Assembly (NCBI GenBank): GCA_000043285.1
Contig: BX248583.1
Coordinates: forward strand, 180,001-212,000
Origin: Candidatus Blochmanniella floridana
Lineage (GTDB): Bacteria; Pseudomonadota; Gammaproteobacteria; Enterobacterales; Enterobacteriaceae
Direction: 5' to 3'
Length of the DNA stretch: 32,000 nucleotides
Both the position numbers and the translations under genes were made by a program. The notes under the pieces are model-generated. The model searched no databases. It was not told the DNA's origin and saw only the letters and a program-made list of their open reading frames with translations. This document shows, in pieces, positions 11,210-20,373 of this stretch (its first letter is position 1; each line of letters begins with the position of its first letter).

Positions 11210-12918
11210 TGATAATGTTAAAATATAATAATAAGTTATTATCTGATAATGAGCGTATAAAGAAAAATAGTAATTTTTTAAGAGGTACGATTGAGAAGGA
11301 TTTAGATAATAATTTAACAGGAGGTTTTAATGTAGATAATGCGCAATTAATTAGATTTCATGGTATGTATCAACAAGATGATCGAGACGTTCGATTAGAA
11401 AGAATGAATCAAAAATTAGAACCGTTAATTAATATGATGTTACGCTGTCGTTTGCCTGGAGGTGTTATTACTTCTCAACAATGGTTGAATATTGATAATT
11501 TTTCAGAGGAACAGACATTATATAGTAGTATTCGATTAACTACGAGACAAACTTTTCAATTACATGGAATATTGAAACCGAAATTAAAAGGAATACATCA
11601 ATTACTGAATAAATTAGGTTTAGATTCTATAGCTACTGCTGGTGATGTTAATAGAAATGTAATTTGTACTGCTAATCCTATGGAATCAAAAGTACATTAT
11701 CAAATATGGGAGCTATCAAAAAAAATTTCAGAACATTTATTACCTAAATCTAAAGCATATGCAGAGATTTGGTTAAATGAAAAAAAAATTGAATCTATAG
11801 ATTCAGAGCCTATTTTAAGTTCTGTTTATTTACCTCGTAAATTTAAAATAGCAATAGCTGTTCCTCCAGTGAATGATGTAGATGTTTATGCTAATGATTT
11901 AGGTTTAGTTGCAATTAAAGATAATACTGGGAATCTTATTGGATTTAATGTCCTGATAGGAGGCGGATTAGCTATGACTTATGGGGATAAAAGTACATAT
12001 CCTCGAATGGCTAGTGAATTTGGGTATATTAATTTACAAGATATTTTAAAAATTGTGGAGTCAGTAATTACAGTACAACGAGATTGGGGAGATCGGTATA
12101 ATCGAAGACATGCTAAAACTAAATATACTTTAGTTAAGGTGGGAATAGATATTTTAAAAAAGGAAATTGAAAATCGATCTGGACTTAAATTTTCTCCGAT
12201 GTATCCATATAAATTTACTGAAAGAGGAGATAAATTTGGCTGGATACGAGGTATTAATCAAGATTATTGGCATCTGACTTTATTTATTGAAAATGGAAGA
12301 GTATGTAATACATCTAATATATTAATTAAAAAAGGATTGTCTGAGATTGCAAAAGTACATTCTGGTTTTTTTAGAATAACTACTAATCAAAATTTAATTA
12401 TTTCTGAAATACATCAAGATAAAAAAGATATTATTGAAGATTTATTAAAACAGTATGGTTTATTAGGTGATTTTGTAACATCACAGCGAAAATCGTCTAT
12501 GGCATGTGTGGCTTTTCCTACTTGTCCATTAGCAATGGCAGAAGCGGAACGATTTTTACCAGCATTTGTTACTAAAGTAGAACATGTTATGTCTAAATAT
12601 AATCTTCAAAGAGATGCAATTATTTTAAGAGTGACGGGATGCCCTAATGGATGTGCGAGAGCAATGTTAGCAGAAATTGGACTAACAGGCAGGGGAATTG
12701 GGCGTTATAATTTATATTTAGGAGGTAATAAAAATGGTACGCGTATTCCGCGTTTATATAAAGAAAATATTACAGAAGATGAAATTTTGCATGTTTTAGA
12801 TATCACTATTGGAGATTGGGCTAAAAATCGAAAAACTCAAGAGTCATATGGAGATTATGTAGTAAGAGCAGGGATTGTTCGTGCTGTTATCAATTCTGAA
12901 GAAGATTTTTATTTATGA
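11209..12918 (+). CDS. cysI: sulfite reductase (NADPH) hemoprotein beta subunit
   Basis: [32 protein letters not shown], the siroheme/4Fe-4S Cys cluster [19 protein letters not shown] and [11 protein letters not shown] are present. The start overlaps the cysJ stop by 1 nt (TAATG at 11207-11211). Confidence 0.95.
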   Translation: MIMLKYNNKLLSDNERIKKNSNFLRGTIEKDLDNNLTGGFNVDNAQLIRFHGMYQQDDRDVRLERMNQKLEPLINMMLRCRLPGGVITSQQWLNIDNFSEEQTLYSSIRLTTRQTFQLHGILKPKLKGIHQLLNKLGLDSIATAGDVNRNVICTANPMESKVHYQIWELSKKISEHLLPKSKAYAEIWLNEKKIESIDSEPILSSVYLPRKFKIAIAVPPVNDVDVYANDLGLVAIKDNTGNLIGFNVLIGGGLAMTYGDKSTYPRMASEFGYINLQDILKIVESVITVQRDWGDRYNRRHAKTKYTLVKVGIDILKKEIENRSGLKFSPMYPYKFTERGDKFGWIRGINQDYWHLTLFIENGRVCNTSNILIKKGLSEIAKVHSGFFRITTNQNLIISEIHQDKKDIIEDLLKQYGLLGDFVTSQRKSSMACVAFPTCPLAMAEAERFLPAFVTKVEHVMSKYNLQRDAIILRVTGCPNGCARAMLAEIGLTGRGIGRYNLYLGGNKNGTRIPRLYKENITEDEILHVLDITIGDWAKNRKTQESYGDYVVRAGIVRAVINSEEDFYL

Positions 12919-13697
12919 TGTCTACAACAGTATCTAGAGTTAAGAGTTGGAATAAAGTGAATCGTTGTTGGTGTGTTGAAGAATTGGATGTATTGGGTGT
13001 AGTTGAACGTGCATTAATATTAAATGAGATAAATCAGTATTTAGAATCTGTAACAATAGAAGATAGGATAATGTGGGTTATGAAGTATTTATCTGGGCAA
13101 TTAGTATTATCTTCAAGTTTTGGTATTCATTCTTATGTAAGTTTGCATTTAATGACTAATTATTATCCTTCTGTTCCAGTGATTTTAATTGATACGGGTT
13201 ATTTGTTTCCAGAAACATATCAATTTATTGATCGATTGACGGAAAAAATGAAATTAAATTTGCATGTTTTTCGTCCTGATAAATCTCCTGCTTGGCAGGA
13301 AGCACGTTATGGAAAATTGTGGGAGCAAGGAATTGAAGGAATTAGACAGTATAATTTTATGAATAAAGTAAAACCTATGCGTTATGCTTTAAAAAAACTT
13401 AAAGTTAGAGTATGGGTGTCGGGGTTAAGGAGATATCAATCTTGTAGTCGTAAAAATTTGTTAATTTTGGATATGCAAAATGGTATGTTTAAATTTTTAC
13501 CAATTGTTGATTGGGATCATAATCAAGTACATCAATATATTAAAAGATATGATTTAGAATATCATCCATTATGGAAACAAGGGTATGTATCAGTAGGTGA
13601 TGTACATACTACTATTAAAAAAGAACCTGGTATGAAGGATGAAGAAACTCGTTTTTTTGGATTACAACGAGAATGTGGGTTACATGTTATTGATTAA
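12915..13697 (+). CDS. cysH: phosphoadenosine phosphosulfate (PAPS) reductase
   Basis: [36 protein letters not shown] and the C-terminal [14 protein letters not shown] match E. coli CysH. ATG 12915 overlaps the cysI stop (ATGA); ATG 12918 is the in-frame alternative. Confidence 0.93.
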   Translation: MMSTTVSRVKSWNKVNRCWCVEELDVLGVVERALILNEINQYLESVTIEDRIMWVMKYLSGQLVLSSSFGIHSYVSLHLMTNYYPSVPVILIDTGYLFPETYQFIDRLTEKMKLNLHVFRPDKSPAWQEARYGKLWEQGIEGIRQYNFMNKVKPMRYALKKLKVRVWVSGLRRYQSCSRKNLLILDMQNGMFKFLPIVDWDHNQVHQYIKRYDLEYHPLWKQGYVSVGDVHTTIKKEPGMKDEETRFFGLQRECGLHVID

Positions 13698-13836
13698 ATG
13701 ATATTAAATTATTAATATTAACGATATTTATATTATATATGACTTCTACTAGTGTTATATTATATATGAAATGTAGTATTATTTTTATGTATGGTAATTT
13801 TCAATTAAGTGTATTTTCTAATAAAAATTAATTTTT

Positions 13837-15222
13837 GTGCGATATTTGCCGTTGTTTGTGTATTTGAACAATAAACCTGTCTTAGTAGTTGGTGGGGGTA
13901 TAGTTGCTTTTCGTAAGGTTCAGATTTTGCAAAAAACAGGTGCTATTATTCAAATAGTAGCAAAAACTTTATGTTTAAATTTAAAAACTACTTTATTTAA
14001 GAAAAAAATAATTTGGATTGGCAAGGTATTTCAAATTTCTATGTTAGATAATGTGTTTTTAGTTATCATCGCTACTGATGATACTGATTTTAATGATATG
14101 GTTTTTAAATATGCTGAAAAACGTCATATTTTGGTAAATACAGTGGATGATCCAGCAAAATGTTCATTTATTTTTCCCGCCATTATTGATCGATCTCCAA
14201 TTTTAATAGGTATTTCTTCAGGTGGTCAAGCGCCCGTATTAATTCGAATGTTGAAAGAAAAATTAGAATCATTAATACCAATGTCTATTGGTTATGTAGC
14301 ATCGTTGGCAGGTATATGGCGTAATAAGATAAAACAACATATTACAGATATAGTTTATAGACGTTTTTTTTGGGAGAAGTTATTTTATAATGGACAAATT
14401 TCTTTATTAGTAGAAAAAGGAAATTTTAGGAAAGCGAATCGTGTTATTAAAGATGCTGTTTTAAATCAGTTGCATAATAGAAAGCAAGGTAGCGTATCTT
14501 TAGTAGGGGCGGGTCCAGGAGATAAAGGATTATTAACTATTCGTGGATTACAAGTTATACAAACAGCAGATATTATATTATATGATTATTTAGTTAATCC
14601 AGATATTTTAGATTTATCTCGTAAAGATGCGAATAAAATTTGTGTTGGTAAAATTGCTAAAAAGCATTCTATATCTCAAAATAATCTTAATCATTTTATG
14701 ATTCAATTGGCACAGCAAGGTAATAATGTTGTCAGATTAAAAGGAGGTGATTCGTTTATATTTGGTCGAGGAGGAGAAGAATTACAAGCGGTGTCCAAAG
14801 CAGGTATTATGTTTCAAGTGGTTCCAGGTATTACATCAGGTATTGGGGTAGCTGCGTATGCTGGTATTCCATTGACCCATCGGGAATATGCACATAGCGT
14901 TGTATTTATGACAGGACACAAAAGACATCAGGGTGATTATAAGATAAATTGGAGTTTATTATCGGATAATAAACAAACTATAGTTATATATATGGGTCAA
15001 CTTAATGCGGTGAATATTAGTAAAAATCTTATTTGTCATGGAAGACATATATATACTCCTGTAGCTATAATTAGTAGAGGTACTTATTTAGATCAAAAGA
15101 TTTTAATAGGTACATTAATAGAATTGGAGAAATTAATTTATATGGTAAAAAAACCTACATTATTAATTATTGGAGATGTGGTATCACTACATAATGAAAT
15201 AAGTTGGTTTGGTAATGGGTAA
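13837..15222 (+). CDS. cysG: siroheme synthase (uroporphyrinogen-III methyltransferase / precorrin-2 dehydrogenase / ferrochelatase)
   Basis: The GTG start gives MRYLPLFVYLNNKPVLVVGGG (E. coli [21 protein letters not shown]). Also present are SSGGQAPVL, RRFFWEKLF, LVGAGPGD, RLKGGDSFIFGRGGEE and VPGITS. Confidence 0.9.
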   Translation: MRYLPLFVYLNNKPVLVVGGGIVAFRKVQILQKTGAIIQIVAKTLCLNLKTTLFKKKIIWIGKVFQISMLDNVFLVIIATDDTDFNDMVFKYAEKRHILVNTVDDPAKCSFIFPAIIDRSPILIGISSGGQAPVLIRMLKEKLESLIPMSIGYVASLAGIWRNKIKQHITDIVYRRFFWEKLFYNGQISLLVEKGNFRKANRVIKDAVLNQLHNRKQGSVSLVGAGPGDKGLLTIRGLQVIQTADIILYDYLVNPDILDLSRKDANKICVGKIAKKHSISQNNLNHFMIQLAQQGNNVVRLKGGDSFIFGRGGEELQAVSKAGIMFQVVPGITSGIGVAAYAGIPLTHREYAHSVVFMTGHKRHQGDYKINWSLLSDNKQTIVIYMGQLNAVNISKNLICHGRHIYTPVAIISRGTYLDQKILIGTLIELEKLIYMVKKPTLLIIGDVVSLHNEISWFGNG

Positions 15223-15281
15223 ATATTAAAGATATTTGATAGTAAATTGATAATCATAATGTCAGGAGATAATATAATATT

Positions 15282-16199
15282 ATGTTACAGAATCAAAAAT
15301 GTCTTACTTATTTAAATCAATTAGAATCAGAAAGTATTTATATTATTAGAGAGGTAGTTTCTGAATTTCGTAATCCGGTTATGTTGTATTCGATTGGTAA
15401 AGATTCTTCTGTAATGTTGCATTTAGCTAGAAAAGCATTTTATCCTCGTCATAAATTACCTTTTCCTTTATTACATGTAGATACGGGCTGGAAATTTAGT
15501 GATATGTATGCTTTTCGGGATACTGTATCAAAATCTGAGGATGTAGATTTATTAGTATATATGAATCCAGATGGAATATCGATGGGTATGAATCCATTTA
15601 TTCATGGTAGTGCTAAATATACAAGTATTATGAAAACAGAAGGACTAAAAAAGGCTTTAGATCAATATGGATTTGATGCGGCATTTGGAGGTGCTCGTCG
15701 TGATGAAGAAAAAATTAGATCTAAGGAACGTATTTTTTCTTTTAGGGATAAATTTCATGCGTGGGATCCTAAAAACCAGCGACCAGAATTATGGTCCAAA
15801 TACAATGGTAGAATTAATTTAGATGAAAGTATTCGTGTTTTTCCATTATCTAATTGGACAGAATTGGATATTTGGCAATATATTTTTGTAGAAAAAATTG
15901 ATATCGTGCCATTATATTTAGCGAAATGTAGACCTGTGTTAAGACGGAATGGTAATTTGATTATGGTAGATGATGATCGTATTCAATTAAAATCTGATGA
16001 AAAAATAATTAATGATATGATTCGATTTCGTACTTTAGGATGTTGGCCATTAACTGGAGCGATAGAATCACATGCAGATACGTTGCTTAAGGTTATTGAA
16101 GAAATGTTATTGACTACTAAAAGTGAACGTTCTGGTAGAGTTATTGATTGTGATCAATCTGGGTCTATGGAGATAAAAAAGCGTCAAGGTTATTTTTAA
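15282..16199 (+). CDS. cysD: sulfate adenylyltransferase subunit 2
   Basis: [60 protein letters not shown] and the C-terminal [13 protein letters not shown] match E. coli CysD. An AGGAGA lies at 15262-15267. Confidence 0.95.
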   Translation: MLQNQKCLTYLNQLESESIYIIREVVSEFRNPVMLYSIGKDSSVMLHLARKAFYPRHKLPFPLLHVDTGWKFSDMYAFRDTVSKSEDVDLLVYMNPDGISMGMNPFIHGSAKYTSIMKTEGLKKALDQYGFDAAFGGARRDEEKIRSKERIFSFRDKFHAWDPKNQRPELWSKYNGRINLDESIRVFPLSNWTELDIWQYIFVEKIDIVPLYLAKCRPVLRRNGNLIMVDDDRIQLKSDEKIINDMIRFRTLGCWPLTGAIESHADTLLKVIEEMLLTTKSERSGRVIDCDQSGSMEIKKRQGYF

Positions 16200-16208
16200 G
16201 GAATAATT

Positions 16209-17660
16209 ATGATGATATTGAAAAATGTTATAGAAAAAGAAATTTTTAATTATGGAGGAATAGAAAATTATTTATATTCCCAACAAAAAAAATTTTTATT
16301 ACGTTTTTTAACTTGTGGTAGCGTAGATGATGGGAAGAGTACATTGATTGGTCGTTTATTACATGATTCTCAACATATTTATGATGATCAGTTATCTACT
16401 TTGTATAAAGATAATAATTGTTTTGGAGTGCATAAAGATAAGTTAGATTTATCATTATTGATGGATGGATTGCAATTAGAACGTGCACAAGGAATTACTA
16501 TAGATGTAGCGTATCGTTATTTTTCTACGGAAAAACGTAAATTTATTATTATTGATACTCCAGGTCATGAAGAGTATACGAGAAATATGGTTACTGGTGC
16601 TTCTAATAGTAGTTTAGCTATTTTATTAATTGATGCTTGTAAAGGGATACGCAAACAGACTCGAAGGCACTGGTTTATTAGTGTTTTGATGGGTATTAAA
16701 TATATTGTAGTAGTAATTAATAAAATGGACTTAGTAGATTACAATCGAGAAGTATTTCAAGATATTTGTAAAAAGTATTTAGAATTTAATGGGAAATTAT
16801 CATGTAATATTGATACTAAATTTATTCCAATATCTGCTCTAGAAGGTGATAATGTAATAATGAAGTCGAAAAATATGGTATGGTATGAAGGTCCTACATT
16901 GTTTGATATATTAGAGAACGTTAACATTGATTCGATTATAGATATAAATAATCAGCAATTAAGATTTCCTGTGCAATGTGTTATTCGCGATAATTTTAAT
17001 ATTAGAGGTTATTCTGGAACTGTTTCTTCTGGAAATATGTATGTAGGACAATATATTAAAGTTTTACCAACAAATACGGTTTCTTGTATTAAACGTATTT
17101 TTAATTTCAAAAATGATCAGGTTCGAGCATTATCTGGAGAATCAATAACAGTAACTTTAACAGATGATGTTGATGTTAGTAGAGGTGATATAATTATTGA
17201 TTCAAAAGATATGGTAAATTTAACACAAAATGTATTGGTAGATGTTATTTGGATGAAAACAGAATCTTTAAAACAGAATCAGTGTTTTGATGTTAAAATC
17301 ACTACTAAATTCTATAGAGTTAGAGTTAAGCATATACAGTATTGTATAAATATACATACCTTTGATTATCAAAAAAGTGATGAAATACCATATAATGGTA
17401 TTGGATTGGTAGAATTATTATTTGAAGAACCTGTAGTATTAGATGAATATATATATTATCCAGTAACTGGTAGTATGATTTTTGTTGATATTTGTAGTAA
17501 TGATACAGTTGGAGCTGGAATGGTAAGGCATTCTATAAATAGTAGTAATTTAAATAATAAATTGAATAATGATAAAAAATATAGTGAATTTGAAGTATCT
17601 TTACATTCGTTAATTCGTTTACATTTTCCTCATTGGAATGTACAAGATTTACCTAAATAA
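16209..17660 (+). CDS. cysN: sulfate adenylyltransferase subunit 1 (GTPase)
   Basis: LRFLTCGSVDDGKSTLIGRLLHD, GITIDVAYRYFSTEKRKFII, DTPGHEEYTRNM, NKMDLV and the C-terminal HFPHW match E. coli CysN. Starts 9 nt after the cysD stop. Confidence 0.95.
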   Translation: MMILKNVIEKEIFNYGGIENYLYSQQKKFLLRFLTCGSVDDGKSTLIGRLLHDSQHIYDDQLSTLYKDNNCFGVHKDKLDLSLLMDGLQLERAQGITIDVAYRYFSTEKRKFIIIDTPGHEEYTRNMVTGASNSSLAILLIDACKGIRKQTRRHWFISVLMGIKYIVVVINKMDLVDYNREVFQDICKKYLEFNGKLSCNIDTKFIPISALEGDNVIMKSKNMVWYEGPTLFDILENVNIDSIIDINNQQLRFPVQCVIRDNFNIRGYSGTVSSGNMYVGQYIKVLPTNTVSCIKRIFNFKNDQVRALSGESITVTLTDDVDVSRGDIIIDSKDMVNLTQNVLVDVIWMKTESLKQNQCFDVKITTKFYRVRVKHIQYCINIHTFDYQKSDEIPYNGIGLVELLFEEPVVLDEYIYYPVTGSMIFVDICSNDTVGAGMVRHSINSSNLNNKLNNDKKYSEFEVSLHSLIRLHFPHWNVQDLPK

Positions 17661-17681
17661 TAATTGTTATTTCATTATTAT

Positions 17682-18296
17682 ATGATTAAACATATCAATA
17701 AATATAATGATAAAAATGTTATGTGGCATTTTTATCGAATTAATAGAGAGGATAGAGAAAGATTACATCAACATCGATCTATGATATTATGGTTTACAGG
17801 ATTGTCAGGTTCTGGAAAATCAACTTTAGCATCAATTTTGGAAGAGAAATTATATTGCCGAGGTGTGAGTACTTATTCTTTAGATGGAGATAATATTCGG
17901 CATGGGTTGTGTAAAGATTTATCATTTAATAGTAATGATCGATCTGAAAATATACGTAGAGTGGGAGAGGTAGCTAGATTGATGGTTGATGCTGGTTTGG
18001 TAGTGTTAGTTGCATTAATTTCTCCATATCGAATTGATCGTCAGATAATACGGGATATGTGTATTAAAGATTCTTTTTTGGAGATATTTGTTGATACTCC
18101 TATGCTAATTTGTAAACAAAGAGATCCAAAAGGTTTATATCATCAAGTTGATTGTAAAAAAATCAAGAATTTTACCGGTATTGATTCTATTTATGAAAGA
18201 CCAAAACAGCCGGATATTTATTTGGATGGACGTAAAACTATATCTGAGTTAATGAATCAATTGTTGGATTTAGTACTTGTAAAGATTTTTAAGTGA
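17682..18296 (+). CDS. cysC: adenylylsulfate (APS) kinase
   Basis: From ATG 17682 the protein reads [16 protein letters not shown] ... [15 protein letters not shown] ... [14 protein letters not shown] ... [12 protein letters not shown] ... DPKGLY ... [10 protein letters not shown]. The track's TTG 17664 adds 6 residues with no counterpart in E. coli CysC. Confidence 0.9.
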   Translation: MIKHINKYNDKNVMWHFYRINREDRERLHQHRSMILWFTGLSGSGKSTLASILEEKLYCRGVSTYSLDGDNIRHGLCKDLSFNSNDRSENIRRVGEVARLMVDAGLVVLVALISPYRIDRQIIRDMCIKDSFLEIFVDTPMLICKQRDPKGLYHQVDCKKIKNFTGIDSIYERPKQPDIYLDGRKTISELMNQLLDLVLVKIFK

Positions 18297-18487
18297 TTGT
18301 TGATATTGTGATATAAAAAAATGAGATTTTTTTATTGTGATATAAGAAATAAAATATGATATATGATATTACTATACAGTATTTTTATTACACTATGTTA
18401 TTAATGATTTGGATAGATTAAAAGTATAAAAATACTGAAAAATTTAATATTTATCAAATATATGATTATGTGATATTTTGTCAAATA

Positions 18488-18775
18488 ATGAGAATGATTA
18501 AAGTTAATTATTTATTATTAATAATATTGGTTTGGATGCAGTATTCTTTGTGGTTTTGTAAAAATGGAGTTTTAGATTTTATACGTATTTATAACGATAC
18601 AAAATTATATAAAAGTATTAATAACATTGATAAAATTAAAATGAGGAATAATCAATTGTTGTTAGATATTCATGATTTAAATTATGAATATAAATTAATT
18701 GAAGAATATGCTCGATACGATTTAGGTATGATTAAAGTTAATGAGGTTTTTTATTATATAAAATTTGAGAATTAA
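18488..18775 (+). CDS. ftsB: cell division protein FtsB
   Basis: LLLIILVWMQYSLWFCKNGVLDF ... MRNNQLLLDIHDLN ... EEYARYDLGMIKVNEVFY matches E. coli FtsB ([23 protein letters not shown] ... ARNDQLFAEIDDLN ... EERARNELSMVRPGETFY). The start is ATG 18488 or 18494; the track's GTG 18470 is less likely. Confidence 0.82.
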   Translation: MRMIKVNYLLLIILVWMQYSLWFCKNGVLDFIRIYNDTKLYKSINNIDKIKMRNNQLLLDIHDLNYEYKLIEEYARYDLGMIKVNEVFYYIKFEN

Positions 18776-18835
18776 TATTATTAATAATTAGGTAATAATA
18801 ATTAATGATATATAAGGGAGTTTTGTATATTGTGT

Positions 18836-19559
18836 ATGTTATATTGTTCGTGTATTAATCATAATTTTCTTGATATTACTGCTGTTCTTCCGAATCAGAT
18901 ATAGGTAGTTGTATGAAGAGTGTATTTTCAAAACAGTATTATACTATTGGAAAAAAACATTAATTGAGTATTCAATTAATGTTGTCTGTATCAATCCAAT
19001 ATTCGTCATAGTATTTTTGTTATAAATAATAATGATTGTTGATTGCGTAAGTTATTTATATCGGATGATTTTAGAATGAGTATTGTAATTAAAAGAAAAG
19101 CTAAGGCTAATTCTGTAATGGCTGGTTTGTGATATATAAAAGATTCTGTATAGGTTTTGATATATGATTAAGATTGATTGTGTTTGCATTGAAAGTATTT
19201 ACTGAATTTGTTTAAGATTACTCAGTTTTTTAAGTAGGAGAAATTGTAGAGATTTTTATTTCTAATATTATTAAATGCGCTTATGTAAATAAGCGTTTAA
19301 TTTGTTGTATTTCTAATATAGATAATTCATTAAATGTTTTAATGACACAATTATTTAATTATACTGTATTAAAATATTGTTTTAAAAAGTTTGTTAAAAA
19401 CAATATATTTGTTTCTGATGAAACTTTAGCTATGGAATATTGCGGTGTTTTGTGGTTTTAGTGGAAGATAGATTAGATAATATTAAAGTTACTTATTAAA
19501 GAGATTTAGAGTGAGCTAGTTTTTATTTATCAAGATTATATAATAATAAAAATTTTTAA
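18836..19559 (+). pseudogene. ispD: ispD (2-C-methyl-D-erythritol 4-phosphate cytidylyltransferase) pseudogene, near full length, multiple frameshifts and stops
   Basis: A frame-hopping translation aligns along the whole length of E. coli IspD. NFLDITAVLPNQI then TAG 18902-18904 (cf. HLDVCAVVPAAG). GSCMKSVFSKQYYTIGKK then TLIEYSINVVCINPIFVIV (cf. [42 protein letters not shown]), with the two halves out of frame at an A7 run (18951-18957). KANSVMAGL then TGA 19130-19132 (cf. RADSVLAGLK). DETLAMEYCG at 19417-19446 (cf. DEASALEYCG), followed by 14 nt where 15 are expected. VEDRLDNIKVTY*RDLE*ASFYLSR at 19461-19535 (cf. [25 protein letters not shown]; TAA 19497-19499, TGA 19512-19514). Confidence 0.88.
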
Positions 19560-19564
19560 ATATA

Positions 19565-20008
19565 ATGCGTATTGGATGTAGTTTGATGTATATAAATTTA
19601 GAGGATCTCGGTTATTAATTATTAGTGGGGTTTATATTTCTTTTGAAAAATATAGATGCTCATTTAGATGGATGATGTAAATGTATATGGTTTATTGATT
19701 CTATACTGAGGATATTCCGTGAGGGATGTTAGAACGGTTTTTCCAGATACTAATAATCAATGTTGTAATATAAGTAGTCATAAATTATTATATTTTGTAT
19801 AGAAATGAGTTATTGAATATGGATATGTGCTGGAAAATGTAGATATTACTTTGATTACGCAATATCTTAAAATCGAAGAATATATTCCGAAAATGTTTTA
19901 TTATCGTGCTAAAGATTAAAATTGTATGTGTTAAAAATCAATATAAAAGTTATTACAACCAAGATGTTAGGGCATATGGGTAGATCTGCAGTATTACTTG
20001 TGTTTTAG
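19565..20008 (+). pseudogene. ispF: ispF (2-C-methyl-D-erythritol 2,4-cyclodiphosphate synthase) pseudogene, near full length, multiple frameshifts and stops
   Basis: ATG 19565 gives MRIG, followed by 5 nt where 6 are expected. FDVYKFRGSRLLIISGVYISFEKY at 19582-19653 (cf. [24 protein letters not shown]). In another frame, AHLDG then TGA. In another frame, DVNVYGLLILY* (cf. DVALHALTDALLG), VRDVRTVFPDTNNQ (cf. LGDIGKLFPDTDPAF) and GYVLENVDITLITQYLKIEEYIPKMFYYRAKD* (cf. [33 protein letters not shown]). In a further frame, INIKVITTKMLGHMGRSAVLLVF* ending at 20008 (cf. [28 protein letters not shown]). Confidence 0.88.
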
Positions 20009-20373
20009 TAGCTTTGTTAAGTTTATAATAGTAATTTTGAGTGTATGGCAATATATGTTAGAGTTAAGATTATATGATGTTGTTAATTCAACGTAATATG
20101 TATGGTAATGATATTGATATAAATTATTGTATATGTATAAATTTTATTAAAATAATGTATATAAATGTATTATATTTTTTTAAATTATATATATTATGAT
20201 ATGTAAAAATGAGAAAAAATAAATTTTTAATTAGTATTAAGTAAATATATATTTATAAAAAATAATATTATTATTATAATATGTGTTTTATGTATAATCG
20301 CGTGTTGTATGAGATTAAATAAATGATATAAAAATTTTTTAAAATTTAGAGATATAGGGGTTATTAATCTTAT

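Noticed and set aside
13728-13769. 15-bp direct repeat TTATATTATATATGA x2 (13728-13742 and 13755-13769) between cysH and cysG
   Set aside because: It is a low-complexity TA repeat with only two copies, and I cannot distinguish it from chance or slippage duplication.
18304-18345. 13-bp direct repeat TATTGTGATATAA x2 (18304-18316 and 18333-18345) between cysC and ftsB
   Set aside because: There are only two copies, the sequence is AT-rich, and about one such proximal repeat is expected by chance across the spacers. It is not a CRISPR-like array, though it may be promoter-region sequence.
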